NCBI GenBank assembly: GCA_965242725.1
Contig: CBDESZ010000006.1
Coordinates: forward strand, 76,831-140,830
Length of the DNA stretch: 64,000 nucleotides
Source of the DNA: Alkalispirochaeta sp.
GTDB lineage: Bacteria; Spirochaetota; Spirochaetia; DSM-27196; Alkalispirochaetaceae
Reading direction: 5' to 3'
The translations under genes were made by a program, and so were the position numbers. The notes below the pieces were generated by a model that was not told the origin of the DNA, did not search any database, and saw only the letters and a program-made list of their open reading frames with translations. Shown one piece after another: positions 1 through 9,126 of this stretch (the first letter of the stretch is position 1; the number at the start of each line of letters is the position of its first letter).

Positions 1-37
1 ATATGTGAACCTCTTCGAAGCGATGTGCCGCCGCGAT

Positions 38-65
38 TGTCATCTGTTCGTAATAAGCCTGTCAT
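38..65 (+). promoter_or_regulatory. Putative OmpR/PhoB-family tandem binding site
   Basis: TGTCAT(38), CGTAAT(49), TGTCAT(60): hexamers at exact 11-bp period upstream of the 156 ORF. Confidence 0.5.
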
Positions 66-155
66 TCTACGTTCACCTTGAGCTGCTACATTCTCAATCG
101 TTGACGGCGAGACCTGAAGACCGCCGCGATAAATACCAAATTTGGAGGACGATTT

Positions 156-692
156 ATGAATAATCGGACACTTTTAGTCGCCGTATTGCTGACGGCAGTT
201 GTATTTGGAGCCTTCGCACAAGTCGACGGGCACAATCGGAGTGTCGAAGACGTGGAGGCGGAAATTCGGACCACCCTGGGCTTGAGTAGCGAGGAGAGAA
301 TCAATCCGGACGCGGTTCCCGAGGAACTGCTCATCGTCCTCGGTGACGCGGTAATGGGAGCCTATGTAGGTGACCCTGAGCGGCACGAATGGATGGACGA
401 GATGATGGGAGGCGAAGGTTCGAGCTCTCTGGATGCCGCACATCGGTGGATGGCGTATCGGTATTTAACCGGCGGATATGCCACGGCGGGAGGAATGGGA
501 TACGGCATGATGGGCGGTGGAATGATGGGTACCGCCGGCATGATGGGCGGCGGTTGGGGCCTCATGGGCAACCCCGACATGATGTACGAGGGGATTCCGT
601 ACGGTTCACCGGAAGAGGTGCTCAAACGCCGCTATGCGGCCGGGGAGATTTCGCGTCGGGAATTCCGGCGAATGCTTCGCGAGATCGAATAG
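156..692 (+). CDS. Secreted Met/Gly-rich protein with C-terminal SHOCT domain (putative copper binding)
   Basis: Signal peptide; RHEWMDEMMGGEGS motif; GMMG tracts; SHOCT-like 'EVLKRRYAAGEISRREF'; GGAGG RBS. Confidence 0.75.
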   Translation: MNNRTLLVAVLLTAVVFGAFAQVDGHNRSVEDVEAEIRTTLGLSSEERINPDAVPEELLIVLGDAVMGAYVGDPERHEWMDEMMGGEGSSSLDAAHRWMAYRYLTGGYATAGGMGYGMMGGGMMGTAGMMGGGWGLMGNPDMMYEGIPYGSPEEVLKRRYAAGEISRREFRRMLREIE

Positions 693-762
693 AATTCAGC
701 ACGGACGGGGCCTGCGGGATGGCTTTATTGCCACCCCCGCGGGTCGCGACAGAGGAGGTAGT

Positions 763-1428
763 ATGGGTGAACAAAGCGATATCGTACGGAAACGATATAA
801 TAGAATTGCTCCGCTCTACGATCTTATGGAAAGACCGATGGAGAGTCATGGCACCCAATGGAGAGACGAGCTTCTCCAAGAAGCTCACGGGCGGGTGCTG
901 GAAGTCGGCGTGGGCACGGGGAAGAACCTGGCGAGCTATCCCAAAGGGGTTCACGTAACCGGGATCGATTTCAGCTCCGGTATGATTGCACGGGCTCGCG
1001 AGCGAGTGCGGGAGCTTGGGCTTACAAATGTCACACTTATCGAGATGGATGCTGAGCAAATGGAGTTTTCGGACGACAGTTTTGACACGGTCGTAACGAC
1101 CTGTGTCTTTTGCTCGGTGCCGGTTCCGATCAAAGGATTGGAGGAGATCCATCGCGTCTGCAGGCCGGAAGGAAAGGTGCTCATGCTCGAGCACGTTCGG
1201 AGTAAGGGTGCAATTCTCGGTCCAATAATGGATTTTCTGAACCCGCTCCCATTGCATCTCTACGGTGCCAATATCAACCGACGGACCGTCGAAAATCTTC
1301 GCCTGGCCGGATTCAAGGACATTGAGGTCACCGACCTTTGGAAAGACATCATGAAACGGATCGTCGCTCGCCCGTACAAGACATCGGATAAATCGTTTGA
1401 CTTTATATGGGAGGTTACAAATGCGTAA
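763..1428 (+). CDS. Class I SAM-dependent methyltransferase (UbiE/PmtA-like)
   Basis: VLEVGVGTG motif I, FDTVV..CVFCSVP; start moved to ATG763 after AGGAGG. Confidence 0.85.
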   Translation: MGEQSDIVRKRYNRIAPLYDLMERPMESHGTQWRDELLQEAHGRVLEVGVGTGKNLASYPKGVHVTGIDFSSGMIARARERVRELGLTNVTLIEMDAEQMEFSDDSFDTVVTTCVFCSVPVPIKGLEEIHRVCRPEGKVLMLEHVRSKGAILGPIMDFLNPLPLHLYGANINRRTVENLRLAGFKDIEVTDLWKDIMKRIVARPYKTSDKSFDFIWEVTNA

Positions 1429-2473
1429 AATATTTTCAATAACGGTATCCATCTCGTTAGTGCTATTAATAGGTGTCGGCAGTTTGTTCGCGGCGGGCCG
1501 CGCGGAAGAGAGTGCACCGGCAGGAACTCCGACGATCGGCGTCGTCCACATCACCTTTGGCCCGTCTTATTGGTTTAGCGGGGTGGAGTATGCGAGCTTC
1601 GGCGCAGCCTATCGGGAGCAGTGGCGCCGCCTCTCGGAGGAGGAGAATTTCAAACTCATCCAAGTGGAGGCAGGCGTCACGGCATACGATCTCGAATTCG
1701 CAACCCGGCGTCTCATCGACCTCGGGGTCGATGCGATTCTGCTCTTTCAACACGATCCGTATGCTGCGGGTCAGGCGGTACAGCTTGCCCAGGAGGCCGG
1801 TATTCCCGTCGCCATACACGGCATCAGGCCGGCATCGGGAATCAAGGCTCCTTATGTGGGTTTCTCGGAGTACGAAACGTGCAGGCTCCTGGGTCAAATC
1901 GCGGCGGAACGGTTTACCGAGCAAACGCCGGGTGTGATTCCCCGCGTTCTGGTGCTGAACAATAGGACGGTGGAACGTGATGTCAATCGAGAGCGGGGGT
2001 TCCTCGACGGTTTCCGGTCCCGCGTCCCGGACGTTGAAATAATCCAAGCCCCGGAAGATAGCGGTACTCTGGAAAGCGCCCTGCGAGTAGCCGAGGTAGC
2101 GTTCTTCAACAATCCGGAAATCAACATGGTCTATGCCACTAGCGACGAGCGTGCCTTCGGCGTGATGCAGGCGTTGAATAACGCGAATATCGCTCCGGCG
2201 GAGGTCGGCATAGTCGCCGTCGGCGGCGGCGAACGCGCCATGAAAAACGTCCTTCAACAACATAATTGGTGGGCACAAGTCGGTCTCAATGTTCGCGGCG
2301 TCGCCGAAAAATCGTACGAAGTACTGTCGATGATGATGGCAGGCGACATTCCTTTTGGGAGCGAGCGGGAGATTCTGGTGGACTCGCCGATTTTTGTTGA
2401 TCCGTCGGTCGCGGAGGTGCGGGCCTATCTTCAAAACAATCACGGAATCGAAGCTCCTGACCTGACAAAGTAA
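1421..2473 (+). CDS. Sugar ABC-type periplasmic binding protein (RbsB-like fold), no adjacent permease
   Basis: Signal 'LFAAGRAEE'; LIDLGVDAILL, AQEAGIPV, R.RGF, D..A.G motifs; GGAGG before ATG1421. Confidence 0.75.
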   Translation: MRKIFSITVSISLVLLIGVGSLFAAGRAEESAPAGTPTIGVVHITFGPSYWFSGVEYASFGAAYREQWRRLSEEENFKLIQVEAGVTAYDLEFATRRLIDLGVDAILLFQHDPYAAGQAVQLAQEAGIPVAIHGIRPASGIKAPYVGFSEYETCRLLGQIAAERFTEQTPGVIPRVLVLNNRTVERDVNRERGFLDGFRSRVPDVEIIQAPEDSGTLESALRVAEVAFFNNPEINMVYATSDERAFGVMQALNNANIAPAEVGIVAVGGGERAMKNVLQQHNWWAQVGLNVRGVAEKSYEVLSMMMAGDIPFGSEREILVDSPIFVDPSVAEVRAYLQNNHGIEAPDLTK

Positions 2474-2480
2474 CACAATC

Positions 2481-4391
2481 TCACGGTGACGCGGATTGAT
2501 ACGCCAGCATACATTCCTCCGAGCAGAAGTAGTGCGTACGATCGGAGCTCTCGAGAACAAAGGGATTGCCCGTTTGATGCACTACCATACCGCAGACCGG
2601 GTCCATTGCTCCGTCGGAAATTCCGGTCGTCCGCACTTCGATATCCGAAACGGTTGGGACGCTCGTCCCGGTATTCCTGAGTATCTCGCTGACTTCTGCG
2701 GCGGTACTCACCGATACGCAGCGATTCGCGATTGTCCGAAACCGGTCCTCGGAGCCTTCCGGTACCGCGCGCCGTACCGCGTCCACCGCATGGACATCTA
2801 CGCTGAGATCTGAAAAACCGAGGCCGAAAAGCAGCGGGACCATGTCGGGATCCGAGGCGATCTCTCCACAGAGCGTCACCGGAACGGACGCGGCCTTCGC
2901 AGACTCGACGATGTGTGCCAGAGCCCGCAACGCGGTGGGGTGGTAAGGTCGGTAGAGGTGGCCCACATTCCCGTTTGTACGGTCTACGGCAAAGTGGTAC
3001 TGCAGCAGATCGTTGGTGCCGACGCTGACAAAATCGACCTTGTCATAAATCTCCTGCAGTGTCCAAAGAATGGAAGGGACCTCCAACAATACACCCTGCT
3101 TGAAATCACGCCGATACGGCGTCCCTTCAGCGTCGAGCTGTGCCCGTGCCTCGCCTACTAGGGAGAGTACCGCGTCGAGATCGTCGACGGTTTCTATCAT
3201 CGGAAAAAGCAGTCGGAGCTCCCCGCATTCAAGACCCGCCCGAAGGATGGCCTTCGTTTGCGTAATCAATATCTCCGGATGATAGGCGTAAATGCGATGC
3301 GCCCGAAGACCGAGGAAGGGGTTTTCCTGAGGACCGAGGGAAAAGAAGGAGAGACTCTTATCTCCGCCGACATCGAAGGTCCGGATTGTGACCGGAGAGG
3401 CGGGCCACTCCCGGCAGAGTGTGCGGTATTCCCGGTACTGCTGCTCTTCCGTCGGAAAGCCTTCCGCTCGGGTCAGGAGGAACTCGCTCCTGTAGAGGCC
3501 TATCCCGGCGATGCGCCCATCTTTGTCCGTCGACGATGCGTGGGTATCCACTACATTTAGGTAGACCGAGAGAGGCGAGGCCACGCTTCCACCTATGTCC
3601 GTTTTCTCCACTTCAATCCACTCTTCGATTTCCGGGTCCTTTAGCCCCAGTATGAGCCGCCCATTCGTGGTGTCTACGACAACCCGACTGCCGGCTACCT
3701 CCCTGAGGGACTCAACCCCGGCAACTCTGAGTACCGGTATGCCGAAGGCCTTCGCCATGATCGCGGCGTGGGAGAGGGGGGTTCCCGTTGCCGCAATAAT
3801 CGCTTTCACCCCCGCGTCCTTTGCCTCGAGAACCTCAGTCACCAGAAGCTCCTGGGTAACGAACACCGGGGCCTCCACATCGCAGACCGTCGAAAGTACG
3901 TCCTCCCGCTTTTGCCCGTCTAACCCTTCACGAAGCCGGCGGTGCAGATCCTCGATGTCGGAGGCTTTCTCCCTGGTTATCTCGTGACCGGAGCGTTGTA
4001 ACCGGGTCTTGACCGATCCGAAAACTTCCGCAACCGCGCTCTCCGCCGTCGCGTCTTCTTCTTCGATCCTCTTTCTGACCTGCTCCCGAAGTCCCTCATC
4101 TTTAAGAAGAAGGATGTGAGTCCGGAGGATATCGGCCTCGGAACCAAACCCTTCCGCTCGAAGTATCTCCTCGGTAGATGCAATCTCCGCCTCCAGTAAC
4201 GACATTTGCCTCTCTACGCGAGCGAACTCCGAAGCGTACGGCGCCTGAGCCGCGATCCGCCCGTTGTCGGGCGCCTGATGCGGTCGTGGTACGTCTCGAA
4301 AACAGATCGTGCCGGAAACCACCGGCGCCGTTGAAATCGGTATTCCCGCAAGGAACCTTACCCTGCCTTTGTCGTCTTCAGTCATCGTCAT
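2481..4391 (-). CDS. PEP-protein phosphotransferase (PTS Enzyme I family) fused to a C-terminal YHS domain
   Basis: SHAAIMAK phospho-His, GIGLYRSEF, IRTFDVGGDK, ENPFLGLR, SVGTNDLLQY, CGE motifs; C-terminal DPVCGM...HYFCSEEC. Confidence 0.85.
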   Translation of the reverse strand: MTMTEDDKGRVRFLAGIPISTAPVVSGTICFRDVPRPHQAPDNGRIAAQAPYASEFARVERQMSLLEAEIASTEEILRAEGFGSEADILRTHILLLKDEGLREQVRKRIEEEDATAESAVAEVFGSVKTRLQRSGHEITREKASDIEDLHRRLREGLDGQKREDVLSTVCDVEAPVFVTQELLVTEVLEAKDAGVKAIIAATGTPLSHAAIMAKAFGIPVLRVAGVESLREVAGSRVVVDTTNGRLILGLKDPEIEEWIEVEKTDIGGSVASPLSVYLNVVDTHASSTDKDGRIAGIGLYRSEFLLTRAEGFPTEEQQYREYRTLCREWPASPVTIRTFDVGGDKSLSFFSLGPQENPFLGLRAHRIYAYHPEILITQTKAILRAGLECGELRLLFPMIETVDDLDAVLSLVGEARAQLDAEGTPYRRDFKQGVLLEVPSILWTLQEIYDKVDFVSVGTNDLLQYHFAVDRTNGNVGHLYRPYHPTALRALAHIVESAKAASVPVTLCGEIASDPDMVPLLFGLGFSDLSVDVHAVDAVRRAVPEGSEDRFRTIANRCVSVSTAAEVSEILRNTGTSVPTVSDIEVRTTGISDGAMDPVCGMVVHQTGNPFVLESSDRTHYFCSEECMLAYQSASP

Positions 4392-4424
4392 TACCCCTTT
4401 CTCGAAACAGAGTATCAGTGACAG

Positions 4425-4518
4425 GTGACCGCAAGGTGACGAGTTTATTACAAATGTATGACAGCGCAGAGTTATATAGCGTCATCAAATTGCAATACGG
4501 TCGTTATATCTGCGTAAT
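4425..4518. promoter_or_regulatory. Divergent promoter region with two arrays of 11-bp-period OmpR/PhoB-type repeats
   Basis: Minus strand: TGTCAT, TGTAAT, CGTCAC, GGTCAC (plus-strand starts 4458, 4447, 4436, 4425). Plus strand: CGTCAT, TGCAAT, CGTTAT, CGTAAT (4480, 4491, 4502, 4513). Confidence 0.55.
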
Positions 4519-4591
4519 GCCGCTCTTTTATACTCCGCATAAATGTAGGCTGTTTGGAGCCGCAATAGCACTCAATGGAGGAAATTGCTAT

Positions 4592-5233
4592 ATGAATATG
4601 GACACCATGAACCAGTACGGGAAATTCCGCGCGACGTCGCACCGTGCCGCGCTCTTCGCGCTTATTCTGACGACCATGATCGGAGCGCCGACGGTCTTCT
4701 CCCTCCCCTTCGGTCATATGGGATTGGCCAATCACCGTTCCACGGGATACATAGGACCCTCGATCGGTATGTCGCCGGTTGAATCCGGCCCGGCCACCTG
4801 GGTCGGTCTCCGAGGGGGGTGGGAGTTTGATCACGCCGTCGCCGTGGGTGTAACGGGTAATTGGCTTCTAAGCAACATCGAGGAAGAGACCGGAAACAGC
4901 GCCAACCTCGGTTACGGAGGAATAGAGTTTCGGACGTTTCTATTGTCCCAGGCCCCGGTCTCCCTCGCCTTCGATTTAACAATCGGGGCCGGTTCCGTGG
5001 GAAGCGGCGTTCATTTCATGGGGGGAGGTCACCACGATTCCGACGAGGAGTCCGACGGCTTTTTCGTGGTCGAGCCGGAGCTGCAGTTGGTGTTTCGGGC
5101 GAATCGTTTCGTTCGCCTCGAATTGGGAGCCGGATACTTTATCACCAGCGGCGTCGACGTACCGGGAATTAACGATGGGGACTTGAGTGGGCCAAAGGCG
5201 ACGCTATCCATGAGCTTTGGAGACTGGCTATAG
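4592..5233 (+). CDS. Small outer-membrane beta-barrel protein with His/Met/acidic loop
   Basis: Signal peptide, amphipathic strands (YGGIEF, FFVVEPEL, LELGAGY), loop HFMGGGHHDSDEESD; GGAGG before ATG4592. Confidence 0.6.
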   Translation: MNMDTMNQYGKFRATSHRAALFALILTTMIGAPTVFSLPFGHMGLANHRSTGYIGPSIGMSPVESGPATWVGLRGGWEFDHAVAVGVTGNWLLSNIEEETGNSANLGYGGIEFRTFLLSQAPVSLAFDLTIGAGSVGSGVHFMGGGHHDSDEESDGFFVVEPELQLVFRANRFVRLELGAGYFITSGVDVPGINDGDLSGPKATLSMSFGDWL

Positions 5234-5299
5234 GAGCCCTCTCAGGACACGTGATACTCACCGCTGTTAGGTATAAATTCGTTCTACCGTGAGGCATTC

Positions 5300-5329
5300 T
5301 TCACATACCATAGAGTGGTAGGGTATAAT
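5300..5329 (+). promoter_or_regulatory. Sigma70 promoter for gap-ldh containing a CsoR-like operator
   Basis: TTCACA-N18-TATAAT with TACC-ATAGAGT-GGTA (5306-5320) directly after the -35; same geometry as the copB promoter. Confidence 0.6.
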
Positions 5330-5449
5330 CGGCGATGCGCTTTGGTTGATTCGGGCGCCGTATGCGACGGCCTGTGGCCGGCGGGACGCGTGACCGATTT
5401 TAGAATTGGAAGTCTGTTCATTAAAAGCTAATTTTAGAAGGAGGACCGT

Positions 5450-6514
5450 ATGAGCGAGAAAAAAACGAAAGTAGCGGTAAACGGCTACGGCGTGATAGGC
5501 AAACGAGTCGCCGACGCGGTGGTGGCACAACCGGATATGGAGCTTGTCGGGGTCGCGGACGTCGTCAACGATTACAGGATGAAGACGGCGGCGATTCGCG
5601 GGCTGCCCATTTACGCTGCGCTCCCGGAGAAAGCCGCCGGCATGCGCGAGGCGGGTCTCAGCATTGCAGGCGATCTGGACGACTTATTGGCGCAAAGTAC
5701 GGTCATCGTCGACTGTACGCCCAAAGGTATCGGAGCCAAAAACCTTGAACGATATACGAAGGCGGGGGTCAAGTCGATCTTTCAGGGAGGCGAAAGCCAC
5801 ACGCTCACCGGTCATTCATTTGTCGCACAGGCGAACTATGAGAGCGCTATCGGTCGCGACTCCACACGAGTCGTTTCGTGCAACACGACCAGCACCGTGC
5901 GCACACTGGTGGCACTTCGTTCAGCCGGGCTTCTGAAGAAGGCGAGAGGCGTATTGATTCGGAGAGCAACCGATCCGTGGGAATCCGACCACAGCGGGAT
6001 CATGAATACCGTCGTTCCGGAGCCCCATATTCCCAGCCATCAGGGCCCCGACGCACAAACGGTTATTCCGGATCTTGAAGTGGTAACGATCGCCGCCAAG
6101 GCGTCACACACGCAGACCCACAATCACTATTGGATCGTGGAACTCTCGCGCACCGTCGAGAAAGAAGAAATACTCGATGCGTTTCGTGCCGCTCCTCGTA
6201 TTGCGTTTATCCGCATGAGTGACGGTATTGTCGCGTTAAACAGCACCATTGAGCTGATGAAGGACCTTGGCCGGCCCCGCGGCGACATGTGGGAGGTAGC
6301 GCTGTGGGCAGACGTCCTGACGGTAAACGGAAACGAAGCGTACTACACCTACCAAGTGTACAACGAAGCGATCGTTGTGCCGGAGAACGTGGACGCAATT
6401 CGAGCGCTGAGCGGTGTCGTGTCGGATGCGCATGAGTCCATCCGAATAACCGACACGGCACTCGGCATGCGACGGGAGTTTCTGATTCAGGACGCCCCGG
6501 GAGATAAGAAATGA
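5450..6514 (+). CDS. gap: Type II (archaeal-type) phosphorylating glyceraldehyde-3-phosphate dehydrogenase
   Basis: VAVNGYGVIGKRVADAV, DCTPKGIG, FQGGE, RVVSCNTT catalytic Cys, PSHQGPD, IVVPENVDAIRA. Confidence 0.9.
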   Translation: MSEKKTKVAVNGYGVIGKRVADAVVAQPDMELVGVADVVNDYRMKTAAIRGLPIYAALPEKAAGMREAGLSIAGDLDDLLAQSTVIVDCTPKGIGAKNLERYTKAGVKSIFQGGESHTLTGHSFVAQANYESAIGRDSTRVVSCNTTSTVRTLVALRSAGLLKKARGVLIRRATDPWESDHSGIMNTVVPEPHIPSHQGPDAQTVIPDLEVVTIAAKASHTQTHNHYWIVELSRTVEKEEILDAFRAAPRIAFIRMSDGIVALNSTIELMKDLGRPRGDMWEVALWADVLTVNGNEAYYTYQVYNEAIVVPENVDAIRALSGVVSDAHESIRITDTALGMRREFLIQDAPGDKK

Positions 6515-7509
6515 ACCGTGTGTCGACGAATCCCCGGATCGACGGAGAGTCCGACCTGTCACATTCCATACACGCCGGAAAAGTTGCGGTGGTTGGAGCC
6601 GGCGGTGTCGGCGCGAGCTTTTCCTTTGCACTCCTGCTGAGCGGACTTGCGTCGGAGATCGTTCTCATCGATGCCAACCAATCCAAGGCCGAGGGAGAAG
6701 CATTAGATCTGAATCATGCGGTCCCGCACACGCATCCGACGCGGGTGTGGGCAGGAGATTACGGCGATTGTGCGGGGGCCGCGGTGACCATCGTAGCGGC
6801 CGGGGCTGCGCAGCAGTCCGATCAAAGCCGTCTGGAACTCGCGGAGAAAAATTCGGACATCTTCCGCCGGATTGTGCCGAATATCGTACGCAACAATCCG
6901 ACGGGAATCATTCTCGTCGCGACCAATCCGGTCGACGTACTGACCCGTCTCACATGGGAACTTTCGGGTATGCCGGAGGAAAAGGTCCTGGGCTCCGGGA
7001 CAATCCTCGACACGGCGAGATTCCGGCATCTTCTCAGTCTGCACTTTGGGGTAGATCCGCACAGCGTGCATGCCTACATCGTCGGTGAACACGGGGACAC
7101 CGAGGTGCCGCTCTGGTCGCTCGCGAACATCGCCGGCATGCGGTTTCCCGAGTTTTGCGCGGTCAATAACATGAAGTGCGACAATGACGAAATGGAGAAG
7201 ATATTTCGGAGAACCCGGGACGCGGCGTACGAAATCATCCGGAAGAAAGGTGCAACCTATTACGCGATCGGAGCCGGCCTCGTGCGGATCGTGACGGCGA
7301 TTCTGAGGAATCAGCGCACCGTGCTCTCAGTAAGTACCCGTATCACCGATTACTATGGGATAAACGGTACCTTCCTGAGTATGCCGTGTGTCGTCGGTGG
7401 CGCCGGAGTCGAACGGTATCTTCGTTTAAATCTGAGCGACGACGAGGCTACGGCATTACAACATTCGGCGGCCGTAGTGGACAAATCGATGGAATCGATA
7501 CGGCAATGA
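6511..7509 (+). CDS. ldh: L-lactate dehydrogenase
   Basis: GAGGVG, ATNPVD, GSGTILDTARFR, GEHGD, KGATYYAIG; overlaps the gap stop (ATGA). Confidence 0.9.
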   Translation: MNRVSTNPRIDGESDLSHSIHAGKVAVVGAGGVGASFSFALLLSGLASEIVLIDANQSKAEGEALDLNHAVPHTHPTRVWAGDYGDCAGAAVTIVAAGAAQQSDQSRLELAEKNSDIFRRIVPNIVRNNPTGIILVATNPVDVLTRLTWELSGMPEEKVLGSGTILDTARFRHLLSLHFGVDPHSVHAYIVGEHGDTEVPLWSLANIAGMRFPEFCAVNNMKCDNDEMEKIFRRTRDAAYEIIRKKGATYYAIGAGLVRIVTAILRNQRTVLSVSTRITDYYGINGTFLSMPCVVGGAGVERYLRLNLSDDEATALQHSAAVVDKSMESIRQ

Positions 7510-7536
7510 TACCCCTTACGTCACGGTTGGTCGCAA

Positions 7537-8019
7537 CTACCTCTTTGCCAGTAGCATTAACGGCCAGGGTAGGACGAGTAGCTGAACAAAAGGTGAAACT
7601 CCAATACCGAGGAGCGGTACCATCGGCATGAGCGAGGAGTATACCCAACGACCGGTCGCGAGAGCGTGGAACTCGATAGCGGCGGCGATAACCGCACCGA
7701 CAATTGCCAAGATCGCCACATTTCCGGCGGTGAGCGGACGAAACCAGTCCAGTGAGCGATAGAATAGATACCCCGTCGCCCAGATGGCGACAATGATCAG
7801 CCCGTCTCCTAAGCTCGCTCTCAAACAGATTAACCAGCTCGAAAGCTCACTGAAGGGCATATTCTCGTAGAGCGGCATTTGCGCCATCTCCCAAACATAG
7901 TTGACGACCACGGAAATGAAGAACAGTCGCAGAAGGAAACGGCCCGTCGGACTTTTCAAAACAGCTCCGCCTCCCATTACCGCATCTCCGAGGCGCTTAC
8001 GCTGCTTGTTCGATACCAT
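7537..8019 (-). CDS. Hypothetical integral membrane protein (start uncertain)
   Basis: About 4 hydrophobic segments; WEMAQMPLY, GDG, GRWVYS..MP motifs. Confidence 0.6.
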   Translation of the reverse strand: MVSNKQRKRLGDAVMGGGAVLKSPTGRFLLRLFFISVVVNYVWEMAQMPLYENMPFSELSSWLICLRASLGDGLIIVAIWATGYLFYRSLDWFRPLTAGNVAILAIVGAVIAAAIEFHALATGRWVYSSLMPMVPLLGIGVSPFVQLLVLPWPLMLLAKR

Positions 8020-8152
8020 ATCGGGGTAATTGCATCGAAGGTGCCCTCACCATGGATCACTTCCATATTTGTTGCTTTTCCCCACTGATCAATTATAAAC
8101 ACCGATTTCCTCTATGAATGAGCGTCCGGTACGATGTTACCCATACGAGGTA
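8014..8152. promoter_or_regulatory. Two further CsoR-like TACC-N7-GGTA boxes
   Basis: TACC-ATATCGG-GGTA at 8014-8028 and TACC-CATACGA-GGTA at 8138-8152. Confidence 0.45.
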
Positions 8153-8609
8153 TCGTATGTACAGTGTATCGAGGGCGAACCGGACACAGCCATGACGGCG
8201 GCGTCCGATAAGACTGTTTCGGGCGGTTATTGAATGAGTGGATGTAGAGGACTCAGGAACAACCACCCGCTGCCGCGTTGATGTCCCCACGGGCAACCGA
8301 TGAGATCGTCCTTCCCGGCGAGATATCGCGGGGTACGGCAAAGCTTCAGTCCGTTCAGAATATTACCAAAGTTGTCGAGCGGAACATGGGTAAAGGGAAA
8401 GTGTTTGACTCTGCCCGCCAGGGCATACGTAACCCGACCGATCCCAGGGGTATACGAGAATTCCTACAGTCCGGAGGTACTGGTAAGCGGTCCGCACATT
8501 CGTGATCCGGAGCGGGCGAAATGCCGGTACCAACGCGACCATCTCCGGATCGTTCGGTACCGGTAGCCTTTTTTGTGGTGTCGAATGGGTATTCGTACTC
8601 CGTTTCCTT

Positions 8610-8888
8610 CTACCGACGATATGTACCGAGCATACTCATGATCTCTTTTTGCTTTTCCGTTTGCTCGGTGAGATTCTCGCTTCGAATCGCATCGGCGACA
8701 CAGGTGTCAAGATGATTCTGGAGAACGATGTTCTCGACGTTGCGTATCGCCGCGACTACGGCCGAAGTCTGGTTCAGTATGTCTAAGCAGTATCGATCTG
8801 TTTCAACCATTTTACTGACCCCGCCGAGCTGGCCCCGAATCCTGCTTAAGCGATCGCGTATACTCTTTTTTTGTTTATCGTCAAGCAT
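8610..8888 (-). CDS. csoR: Copper-sensing repressor, CsoR family
   Basis: RLSRIRGQ..G..KM...RYC.DIL.Q, H..TC fingerprint. Confidence 0.9.
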   Translation of the reverse strand: MLDDKQKKSIRDRLSRIRGQLGGVSKMVETDRYCLDILNQTSAVVAAIRNVENIVLQNHLDTCVADAIRSENLTEQTEKQKEIMSMLGTYRR

Positions 8889-8920
8889 GCCGTACCTCTG
8901 ATTGTCGGTTCATATGTTTT

Positions 8921-9019
8921 TATACCCCGGTAGGGTATATACTATCAACCCTCACTCGTCGACACAAGTGTCTCATCCGAGTTTATGACTTGACATACCC
9001 CCACGGGGTATATTATATT
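8921..9019. promoter_or_regulatory. csoR/copB divergent promoter with two CsoR operators
   Basis: TATACCC-CGGTA-GGGTATA (8921-8939); TTGACA(8990)-TACCCCCACGGGGTA(8996-9010)-TATATT(9014). Confidence 0.8.
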
Positions 9020-9126
9020 GATATTAGCGTATGAATCTTTTTTAATCGAAGGGCGATACGGCTGATTAATCCGGGCTCCTGATGAGTCCGGAAGAGGTAC
9101 ACAGCGCCCTTCGAAAGGAGCCACGT

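Noticed and set aside
2481..4391. Calling the EI gene ptsP (EI-Ntr) or housekeeping ptsI
   Set aside because: No N-terminal GAF domain, no linked ptsH, and an extra YHS domain; gene symbol withheld.
8438..8455. Possible further CsoR box (ATCCCAGGGGTATA)
   Set aside because: Only the right half matches; no TACC at the required spacing.
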